Assembly (NCBI GenBank): GCA_963720755.1
Contig: CAVRGP010000011.1
Coordinates: 416,001 to 480,000, forward strand
DNA length: 64,000 nucleotides
Reading direction: 5' to 3'
Source of the DNA: an uncultured Chloroflexia bacterium
GTDB taxonomy: Bacteria > Chloroflexota > Limnocylindria > Limnocylindrales > CSP1-4
Positions 56,531 through 64,000 of this stretch are shown here, one piece after another. The translations under genes and the position numbers were made by a program. Position 1 is the first letter of the stretch, and every line of letters starts with the position of its first letter. The notes under the pieces are model-generated. The model was given only the letters and a program-made list of their open reading frames with translations. It made no database searches and was not told the DNA's origin.

Positions 56531-58162
56531 ATGACGACAACAGATCCGATCAGCCTGGCCCAGGCGCAACGCCTGGCCTCGAGCGCCGACACGATCCTCG
56601 TGCGCGCCACCCGTTCGGCCGACCTCGAGACACCGATCGGCGCATTCCTCCGACTCGATGACGGTGGCCCGGCCTACCTCCTCGAATTGGTCGAGGGCGG
56701 CGAACGGCTCGGGCGCTACTCATTCCTCGGCGTCGGGCCGCGGCGGCTCCTCGAGGTCCGGGATGGCGTCGCCCAGGTCCAGACCCGCCCGGTCACCGAG
56801 CCCGTCTACTCGGCCGACCTGCCCGTCGAGACGATGCCGGCTGCGGACCCGTTGGCCGCCATCCGCGCCTTCGTGCCGCGCCGTCGTGTCCAGCCGACCG
56901 AGGGGATGCCACGGTTCACCGGGGGCGCGGTCGGGGCGCTCGCCTACGACGCTGTCACCGCTTTCGAGACGACGGTCCCGCTCCCCGAGCCGGACCCGGT
57001 CGGTGTCCCGATGGCGGCCTTCATCGAGACAGACCTCGTGTTGGTCTTCGACCACCTGACCCACACCTTGTCGGCGATCGCGTCACTCCACACGGACACA
57101 CCGAACCTCGAGGCGCGCTATCGGATCGCCGAATCGGCCATCTTCGAGGCCCTCGAGCGGACAGCCAGGCCGACCGCGGCCGAGCTTGCCGGTCCGCCGA
57201 AACGACCGGCGGCGCCGGCCGCTGCGGACCGCCTCCCCGAGCCGGTCGACACGAGCCTCGGTCGCGACGGGTACCTCCATGCGGTCGAGACCGCCAAGGA
57301 GGCGATCGCGGCCGGGGAAGCCATCCAGGTCGTGCTCGCCCGCCGCCAGTCCTTCGGATTGCCGATCGACCCGGCGACCGGCGAGGCGCTCGACGGGATC
57401 GGCCTCTATCGGGCGTTGCGCCGGGTGAACCCGAGCCCGTACCTGTTCTTCACCCGAACGCCGACCTTCGAGGTCGTGGGCGCCTCGCCCGAGCTCCTCC
57501 TCCAGGTGGAGGGCGACCGGCTGACGACCCACCCGATCGCCGGTACCAGGCCGCGCGGTGTCGACGCCCGAGCGGACGCCCTCCTTGCCGAGGAGTTGCA
57601 GGCCGACCCGAAGGAGCGTGCCGAACACGTCATGCTCGTCGACCTCGGCCGCAACGACCTCGGCCGGGTCGCTCGACCGGGGACCGTGACGGTCAGCAAG
57701 TACATGGAGGTCGAACGCTATAGCCACGTCCTGCATCTCGTCTCGCATGTGGAGGCGCGACTGCAGCCGGGGCTCGACGCGCTGGACGCGCTCCGGTCCG
57801 TATTCCCGGCCGGCACGTTGTCCGGGGCGCCGAAGATCCGGGCGATGCAGCTGATCGCCGCCGCCGAAGGCGAGCGTCGCGGCCTGTATGGCGGCGCTGT
57901 CGGGTACCTCGGCTACGACGGCAATCTCGACACGGCGATCACCATCCGGAGTGCGGTGCTCAAGGACGGCCAGGCCCACATCCACACAGGCGCCGGGATC
58001 GTCGCCGGGTCCGTGCCTGACAAGGAATTCGAAGAGACCGAGCACAAGGCGGCGGCCCTGCGCCGCGCCATCGAACTCGCCGCGGGCGTGGCCGAAACGC
58101 CACGGGCCGGTGACGCGGTGACGGACGACACCGCCGCGGATGAGGTCGCCGCCCGGCCATGA
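56531..58162 (+). CDS. trpE: anthranilate synthase component I
   Basis: ADLETP, GRYSF, QVVLAR, NPSPY, PIAGTRPRG, EHVMLVDLGRND, FPAGTLSGAPK. Confidence 0.96.
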   Translation: MTTTDPISLAQAQRLASSADTILVRATRSADLETPIGAFLRLDDGGPAYLLELVEGGERLGRYSFLGVGPRRLLEVRDGVAQVQTRPVTEPVYSADLPVETMPAADPLAAIRAFVPRRRVQPTEGMPRFTGGAVGALAYDAVTAFETTVPLPEPDPVGVPMAAFIETDLVLVFDHLTHTLSAIASLHTDTPNLEARYRIAESAIFEALERTARPTAAELAGPPKRPAAPAAADRLPEPVDTSLGRDGYLHAVETAKEAIAAGEAIQVVLARRQSFGLPIDPATGEALDGIGLYRALRRVNPSPYLFFTRTPTFEVVGASPELLLQVEGDRLTTHPIAGTRPRGVDARADALLAEELQADPKERAEHVMLVDLGRNDLGRVARPGTVTVSKYMEVERYSHVLHLVSHVEARLQPGLDALDALRSVFPAGTLSGAPKIRAMQLIAAAEGERRGLYGGAVGYLGYDGNLDTAITIRSAVLKDGQAHIHTGAGIVAGSVPDKEFEETEHKAAALRRAIELAAGVAETPRAGDAVTDDTAADEVAARP

Positions 58163-58845
58163 TCCTCGTCATCGACAACTACGACAGCTTCACGTTCAAC
58201 CTCGTCCAGGCCCTGCAGGCCGCGGGAGCCGACGTGCGAGTCGTCCGCAACGACGCGTTGGACCTCGACGCCGTGGCTGCGCTGGCCGATGATCCGGCAG
58301 CCGGGCTTCGTGGGATCGTCATCTCCCCCGGTCCCGGCGATCCGGACGATGCGGGGATCTCGGTCGGGACGGTTCGGATCGCGGCCGACCGCGGCCTGCC
58401 CCTGCTCGGCGTCTGCCTGGGGATGCAGTCGATGGCCGCGGCCTTCGGCGCGACGATCGTGCGAGCCCCGACGCTCGTCCACGGGGAGGCGACCGAGGTC
58501 ACCCATGACGGCGCCGGACTGCTGGCGGGCATGTCGCCGGCGTTCATGGCTGCGCGCTATCACTCCCTCGCCGTCGATCCGGCAACGCTGCCGCCGGAGT
58601 TGCGGGTGACGGCGATGAGCGAAGTCGATCGCGTGGTGATGGGCATCCGCCACGTGGACCTGCCTCTCGAGGGGGTCCAGTTCCACCCGGAATCGGTTCT
58701 GACTCCGGAGGGACCGCACCTGTTGGCCAATTTCCTGCGCCTGGCCGGTGAGGGTGTCGCGTCGCGTCTCGATTCGGTCGCCGGCTCGTTCGCGACGGCC
58801 GGCCTGGCGGAGTCGGACCAGGCAGTCGCGGAGGCTCCCAGGTGA
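58159..58845 (+). CDS. trpG: anthranilate synthase component II (glutamine amidotransferase)
   Basis: IDNYDSFT, ISPGPG, GVCLG, RYHSL, QFHPES. Confidence 0.96.
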   Translation: MILVIDNYDSFTFNLVQALQAAGADVRVVRNDALDLDAVAALADDPAAGLRGIVISPGPGDPDDAGISVGTVRIAADRGLPLLGVCLGMQSMAAAFGATIVRAPTLVHGEATEVTHDGAGLLAGMSPAFMAARYHSLAVDPATLPPELRVTAMSEVDRVVMGIRHVDLPLEGVQFHPESVLTPEGPHLLANFLRLAGEGVASRLDSVAGSFATAGLAESDQAVAEAPR

Positions 58846-59891
58846 GTGACATCGTCCGCTCCGCCCTTGAGGTGATCGTCGATGGCGGGACGCTGCCGAT
58901 GGATCAGGCGAGCGCGGCGATGGGCGCGGTGATGGATGGCGAGGCGACGCCGGCCCAACTCGCGGCGCTCCTCATGGGCCTTCGGATGCGCGGTGAGACG
59001 GTCGATGAGCTGGCCGGGTTCGCGCTGGCCATGCGTGATCGTGTGGTGCGAGTGGAGGCACCGGCCGGCGCGATCGACGTTGTCGGAACGGGCGGTGACG
59101 GCAGCGGGACGTTCAACATCTCGACCACCGCGGCGCTGGTCGCTGCGGCGGCCGGCATCCCGGTCGCCAAGCACGGCAATCGAGCGATGACGTCCAAGTC
59201 TGGGTCCGCCGACGTGCTCGATGCGCTCGGCGTTCGGATCGACCACGACGCCGTGTCCGCGGGTCAGGCCCTCCGGTCCATCGGGTTCGCGTTCCTGTTC
59301 GCACCGAACTTCCATCCGGCGATGCGCCACGCGGGGCCGACCCGGCGTGAGATCGGGGTTCGAACCGCATTCAACCTCCTCGGTCCGCTGACGAATCCGG
59401 CCGGCACGAAGCGCCAGTTGCTCGGTGTCGGGGACGCATCGGTCGCCGCTCGCATGGCCGAGGTCGCCCGCCGCCTCGGGACGGATCTGACTTTCGTCAT
59501 CCACGGCGACGGGGTCGACGAACTGCCGCTCGACGGGAGCGGGGTCATGTACGTCATCAGCGAGAGAGGCATCGAGCGTCGTTCGATCGACGCCGCCGAC
59601 CTCGGGATCAAGCGCGCGACGACGGCGAAGCTTGCCGGCGGGTCGGCGGCCGAGAACGCGCGGCTGTCCGAGGCGGTCCTCCGCGGCGAACCGGGGGTCC
59701 GGCGTGACGTGGTCCTGCTCAACGCCGCGGCGGCGCTGCTCGTGGCCGGCGCCGTCGGCGACCTGGAGGAGGGTATCGATCGAGCCGCGCTGACCATCGA
59801 CGCCGGACTCGGCGTCGAGCTCCTCGCCGCCCTGCGGGCCGAGCGCCGCGGGGCCGATGGCCGTCCGACCGGTGCGGAGGGCTCCGCGTGA
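58842..59891 (+). CDS. trpD: anthranilate phosphoribosyltransferase
   Basis: GTGGDG..TFNIST, KHGNR, GSADVL, FNLLGPLTNP. Confidence 0.96.
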   Translation: MSDIVRSALEVIVDGGTLPMDQASAAMGAVMDGEATPAQLAALLMGLRMRGETVDELAGFALAMRDRVVRVEAPAGAIDVVGTGGDGSGTFNISTTAALVAAAAGIPVAKHGNRAMTSKSGSADVLDALGVRIDHDAVSAGQALRSIGFAFLFAPNFHPAMRHAGPTRREIGVRTAFNLLGPLTNPAGTKRQLLGVGDASVAARMAEVARRLGTDLTFVIHGDGVDELPLDGSGVMYVISERGIERRSIDAADLGIKRATTAKLAGGSAAENARLSEAVLRGEPGVRRDVVLLNAAAALLVAGAVGDLEEGIDRAALTIDAGLGVELLAALRAERRGADGRPTGAEGSA

Positions 59892-62707
59892 ACGTCCTCA
59901 CCGAGATCGCCGCCGAGCGCCGGATCGACGTCCTGGCCGAGACGACGGGCGTCGACCGTGGGTCGATCGAGGCCGCCGCGGCCGATGGTCCGGCACCGAG
60001 GCCGATCGTCGACCGGCTTGCGGCGCCCGGACTCCATCTCATCGCCGAGATCAAGCGCTCGTCCCCGTCGGCGGGTCGGATCGCGGCTCCGGACGAGGAC
60101 ATCGTCGCGCGAGCACGGGCCTACGAGGCTGGTGGCGCGGCCGCCATCTCGGTCCTGTGCGAGCCCCGGCGCTTCGGCGGGTCGGTCGACGATCTCCGAG
60201 CCGTCCGGGCCGCCGTCGCGATCCCGGTCCTGGCCAAGGACTTCGTGGTCGAGGCCGTCCAACTGCCGTTGTTGCGAGCGGCTGGAGCGGATCTCGTCCT
60301 GCTGCTGGCCGCGTTGCACCCGGCCAAGCGACTTGCAGGGCTCGTCGATCGCGCGCTTGCGCTTGGGCTGGAACCGTTGGTCGAGGTCCACGACCCGCGT
60401 GAACTGGAGCGCGCGCTGGCCACGGATGCGCGGCTCATCGGGCTGAACAATCGGGATCTGCGGTCCCTCGAGGTCGATGTCGAGTTCGCGGCGCGGACCC
60501 GGGCAGCGGTCCCGGACGATCGGCTGGTCATCGCCGAATCGGGTGTACGGGATCCGGCCACGATCCGACGCTGGCGCGCGCTCGGGTTCGATGGGGCGCT
60601 GGTCGGCGAGGCGCTCGTTCGAGCCGGCGATCCGGCCGCAGCGTCGCGGGCGTTCGCGGCCGCCGGGCGGCCGTCCTCCGATCCGGCAGAAGTCGCTCGC
60701 CGCCCGTTCGTCAAGATCTGCGGGATCACCGATGCCGCCGGGATCATCGCCGCCGTGGCGGCCGGCGCCGACGCGATCGGGTTGAACGTCGTCCCCGGAA
60801 CGCCCAGGGAGCTGTCGCTGGACGAGGCGGCCGATCTCGCCCGACTCGCCCGGAGCGCGGCAGTCGGCGATCGGCGACCCCGCATCGTCGCAGTCACGGC
60901 CGACGCGAGTCCGCGACACCTTGCGGCGATCTCCGCGGCGTTCGATCCAGACGTCATCCAACTCAACGGGGACGAGCCGCCGGCCGCGGTCGCGAACGTC
61001 GGCCGCCGGACGTGGAAAGTCCTGCATCTGCCCGGGGAACCGCCAGCCGACCCGTCTGCCGCCGCCGCCGAGCTCGTGTCGCGCGGCCATGCCTACCTCA
61101 CTGGCGGTGTCGAGCGCCTCCTCCTCGACACCGCCGGTGGGCCCTATCCGGGTGGGACCGGGCAACGAGCCGACGTCCGTCTGGCCGCCGCGGTCGCCCG
61201 CGAACTTCCGGTCACCCTGGCCGGCGGCCTTCGGCCAGGCAACGTCGCGGGCGCGTTGCGCGAAATCCAGGCGGTCGGGGTCGATGTCGCCTCGGGCGTG
61301 GAACGGCCCGCGGGCGCCGGCGGGCGCCCGGTCAAGGATCCGTTCCGGGTGGCGCTGTTCATCAAACGCGCCCGGGCAGCCCGTGATGACCGCCCGAACC
61401 TGCCCTTCGGCCCGACCCCGGTCCACGCCGGCCTGCTCGACGCCGACGCAGCCGGGCGGTGGGGGATGGAAGGCGACTTCGGCGGCCGGTATGTGCCGGA
61501 AACGCTGATGGCGGCCCTCGAACAACTCGAGGAAGCCTACGCCGTCGTCCGACAGGATCCGGTGTTCTGGGCGGAGCTGCGCGATCTGCTCGGATCGTTC
61601 GCCGGCCGGCCGACGGCGCTCTATCGGGCGGATCGCCTGGCCGACGCCGCTCGGACCGAAGCCGCGCGTCTCGCGAGCGGTGCCGATATCCCGCGTCTTC
61701 GCCTCTACCTCAAGCGTGAGGATCTCGCCCACACGGGCGCCCACAAGATCAACAACGCGCTCGGTCAGGCGCTGCTCACCCGTCGCCTCGGCAAGTCCAG
61801 GGTGATCGCCGAGACCGGGGCCGGACAGCACGGCGTGGCGACGGCGACGGCCTGTGCGCTCCTCGACCTGCCCTGCGTGGTCTACATGGGCGCGGAGGAT
61901 ATCGAACGTCAGGGACCGAACGTGCTTCGGATGCGTGCCCTCGGCGCCGAGGTCCGTTCGGTCACGTCCGGGACCGCCACCCTCAAGGACGCCGTCAACG
62001 AGGCCATGCGGGACTGGGTGACGAACGTGCAGGACACCCACTACGTGCTCGGTTCGGCCATGGGTCCGCACCCGTATCCGACGATCGTCCGGGATCTCCA
62101 GCGCCGGATCGGCGACGAGGCGGCGGCCCAGATGGTGGCGATCGAAGGGCGGCTGCCCGACCTGGTCGTCGCCTGTGTCGGCGGCGGGTCGAACGCGATC
62201 GGCCTGTTGTCCCGGTTCATCGGCGAGCTGACCGTTCGGCTGGTCGTCGTCGAAGCGGCCGGCGACGGGATCGACACGGGACGTCACGCCGCGGCGATCC
62301 TGGGCGGGACGCCCGGCATCCTCCACGGGTCGCGGTCCCTCATGCTCCAGGACGCCGACGGACAGGTGATCGAGGCGCACTCGGCCTCGGCAGGACTGGA
62401 CTATCCCGGCATCGGGCCACAGCTGGCGGCCCTCGCGGAGGGCGGTCGCATCGGGGTCAGCGCGGCCACCGACCGCGAAGCCGTCGCGGCGATGAAGGCC
62501 ACCACCCTGACCGAAGGGATCCTGCCCGCGCTCGAGACCGCCCATGCGGTCGCGGCGCTCCCCGGGCTGCTGGCCGGTCCCGGCCGGGTCGGCGACCCAT
62601 GGCCGGATGACATCCTGGTCCTGCTCGGATTTTCGGGTCGTGGGGACAAGGACCTCGCGGCCCTGGAGCGGTTCGCGGACGTCGCGCCCTGGGCCGCCGT
62701 CCGATGA
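59888..62707 (+). CDS. trpB: TrpC-TrpF-TrpB triple fusion (IGP synthase / PRA isomerase / tryptophan synthase beta)
   Basis: One 939-aa ORF. TrpC: AEIKRSSPS, KDF, GLNNRDL, AESG. TrpF: VKICGIT, GGTG, LAGGL, DVASGVE. TrpB: KREDLAHTGAHKINN, ETGAGQHG, GGGSN, GLDYPG, SGRGDKD. Confidence 0.93.
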   Translation: MNVLTEIAAERRIDVLAETTGVDRGSIEAAAADGPAPRPIVDRLAAPGLHLIAEIKRSSPSAGRIAAPDEDIVARARAYEAGGAAAISVLCEPRRFGGSVDDLRAVRAAVAIPVLAKDFVVEAVQLPLLRAAGADLVLLLAALHPAKRLAGLVDRALALGLEPLVEVHDPRELERALATDARLIGLNNRDLRSLEVDVEFAARTRAAVPDDRLVIAESGVRDPATIRRWRALGFDGALVGEALVRAGDPAAASRAFAAAGRPSSDPAEVARRPFVKICGITDAAGIIAAVAAGADAIGLNVVPGTPRELSLDEAADLARLARSAAVGDRRPRIVAVTADASPRHLAAISAAFDPDVIQLNGDEPPAAVANVGRRTWKVLHLPGEPPADPSAAAAELVSRGHAYLTGGVERLLLDTAGGPYPGGTGQRADVRLAAAVARELPVTLAGGLRPGNVAGALREIQAVGVDVASGVERPAGAGGRPVKDPFRVALFIKRARAARDDRPNLPFGPTPVHAGLLDADAAGRWGMEGDFGGRYVPETLMAALEQLEEAYAVVRQDPVFWAELRDLLGSFAGRPTALYRADRLADAARTEAARLASGADIPRLRLYLKREDLAHTGAHKINNALGQALLTRRLGKSRVIAETGAGQHGVATATACALLDLPCVVYMGAEDIERQGPNVLRMRALGAEVRSVTSGTATLKDAVNEAMRDWVTNVQDTHYVLGSAMGPHPYPTIVRDLQRRIGDEAAAQMVAIEGRLPDLVVACVGGGSNAIGLLSRFIGELTVRLVVVEAAGDGIDTGRHAAAILGGTPGILHGSRSLMLQDADGQVIEAHSASAGLDYPGIGPQLAALAEGGRIGVSAATDREAVAAMKATTLTEGILPALETAHAVAALPGLLAGPGRVGDPWPDDILVLLGFSGRGDKDLAALERFADVAPWAAVR

Positions 62708-63576
62708 CCCGCGTGGCCGCCGCCGAGTCTGCTTCGCTGGGCACGAACGAGACCTACGGCGCCCACAGGATCGCGGCGGCCTTCACCCGGGCCCGCGATG
62801 AGGGTCGCGCTGCGCTCATCCCGTACGTCGTGGCCGGCTACCCCGATGCCGACACGAGCTTCGAGATCGCGCTCACGGCAGCCGACGCCGGCGCCGACCT
62901 GCTCGAAGTGGGTCTCCCGTATTCGGACCCGCTGGCCGACGGTGCGACGCTCCAGCGGGCGTCCGGGATCGCACTCGGGGCCGGCGCCACGCTCGAGCGA
63001 TCGCTCCGGCTCATCGAACGGATCGGAGCGGCCCGGCCAGATCTCCCCCTCGTCCCGATGGGCTATGCCAACCAGGTCATCGGCGGTGGTGACGGTGCGG
63101 CGGTGGCCAGGCGGCTGGCTGGAGCCGGAGCGGCCGGGCTGATCGTCGCCGATCTGACGCCGGACGAAGGCGCACCGTTCGAGGGTGTCGCCCGCGAGTC
63201 CGGGCTCGCTGTCGTCTACCTCGTCGCGCCGACGACCTCGCCCACCCGACGCGCAGCCGTGGCCGCGCGAAGTGGCGGGTTCCTGTATTGCGTGTCGCTG
63301 GTGGGGACCACCGGTGCGCGAACGGCGCTGCCTGCCAGCATCGGCCGGCTGGTCCGCGATGTCCGGGCGAGTTCACCGATCCCGGTCGCGGTCGGGTTCG
63401 GCGTGAGTCGGCCGTCTCACGTCCGCGCGATCGCCCGGGCCGGGGCGGACGGGATCATCGTTGCCTCGGCACTCGTCGACGCCCTCGGTCCGGATGGCCG
63501 GGATATCGGGGCGCTGGCCCGCCTCGTCGCGGGCCTTCGCGCGGCGACGGCGATGCCGGGTACGATCAAGACATGA
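62704..63576 (+). CDS. trpA: tryptophan synthase alpha subunit
   Basis: EVGLPYSDPLADG, MGYAN, LVAPT, GTTG, VGFG, DGIIVAS. Confidence 0.96.
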   Translation: MTRVAAAESASLGTNETYGAHRIAAAFTRARDEGRAALIPYVVAGYPDADTSFEIALTAADAGADLLEVGLPYSDPLADGATLQRASGIALGAGATLERSLRLIERIGAARPDLPLVPMGYANQVIGGGDGAAVARRLAGAGAAGLIVADLTPDEGAPFEGVARESGLAVVYLVAPTTSPTRRAAVAARSGGFLYCVSLVGTTGARTALPASIGRLVRDVRASSPIPVAVGFGVSRPSHVRAIARAGADGIIVASALVDALGPDGRDIGALARLVAGLRAATAMPGTIKT

Positions 63577-64000
63577 GCACATTCGACGATCGCGCCCGCG
63601 ACTGGGACGACACGGAAAAAGTCGAACGGGCGGCAGCCGTCGCCGCGGCCATCCGGCGTGCCGTGCCCCTCGATCGCACGATGCGCACGATCGACCTCGG
63701 TGCCGGGACAGGGCTGCTCGGCCTCGCACTCGCCGATGACGTCGGCGAACTGGTGCTGGCCGATCCATCCGAAGGCATGCTGGCCGTGGCGCGAGACAAG
63801 CTGGCCGCGAGCGCTCGACCGGCGACCTCGGCGGTCCGGCTGGACCTGGTGGCGGATCCGCCGCCGGGTGAGCCATTCGATCTGGCCGTGTCGCTGCTCG
63901 TCCTGCACCACATCGCCGATACCTCGGCCGGGCTCATGGCGGTCCACGGCCTGTTACGACCGGTGGCTCGGATGGCGCTGGCGGACCTCGACACCGAGGC
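63573..64000 (+). CDS. class I SAM-dependent methyltransferase (3'-truncated by window end)
   Basis: MSTFDDRARDWD..., IDLGAGTG motif I, ADPSEGML, FDLAVSLLVLHH. ATGA overlap with trpA. Not listed in the ORF track. Confidence 0.88.
   Translation, partial: MSTFDDRARDWDDTEKVERAAAVAAAIRRAVPLDRTMRTIDLGAGTGLLGLALADDVGELVLADPSEGMLAVARDKLAASARPATSAVRLDLVADPPPGEPFDLAVSLLVLHHIADTSAGLMAVHGLLRPVARMALADLDTE

Noticed and set aside
59264-62545. 1093-aa minus-strand ORF (and similar ones at 24360-26756, 35499-37187, 51109-53430)
   Set aside because: Antisense shadows of trp, cphA, the Pta-N-like gene and lysS, caused by codon bias.

Overview
A 64-kb, very GC-rich stretch of a bacterial chromosome, densely coding and mostly housekeeping. 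The lineage is probably Chloroflexota (Limnocylindria/Ellin6529-like); this is an inference from the T-box-controlled trp operon, the GAAC-N4-GTTC-type SOS box, class I LysRS and frequent leaderless genes. Left to right it holds: the end of ligD, an Eis-like GNAT, a Phd-VapC toxin-antitoxin pair, NUDIX/YyaL/NUDIX-MBL genes, mug, a tatA-like gene, a decayed SDR plus L-fuconate dehydratase remnant, an HDAC(AcuC)-GNAT fusion, lhr-nei with a candidate SOS box, a GT87 glycosyltransferase, a cyanophycin locus (cphB, cphA, a convergent CphA paralogue lacking the ATP-grasp domain, a divergent M20 peptidase), azlCD, MFS, degV, gdh, a repeat/long-hairpin-rich intergenic region, panC-panB-coaBC-coaX, an M16 peptidase, ndk, an orphan antiporter-like membrane pair, lepB, hppA, uppP, argR, greA with a leader terminator, class I lysS, serS, tRNA-Ser(UGA), and a Trp T-box with trpE-G-D-[CFB triple fusion]-A. 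I saw no integrase, transposase or CRISPR array. The most unusual items are the extended cyanophycin locus, the deacetylase-acetyltransferase fusion, the TrpC-TrpF-TrpB fusion and the repeat/hairpin element at 37.3-37.8 kb. All calls come from reading the sequence; no database searches were run.
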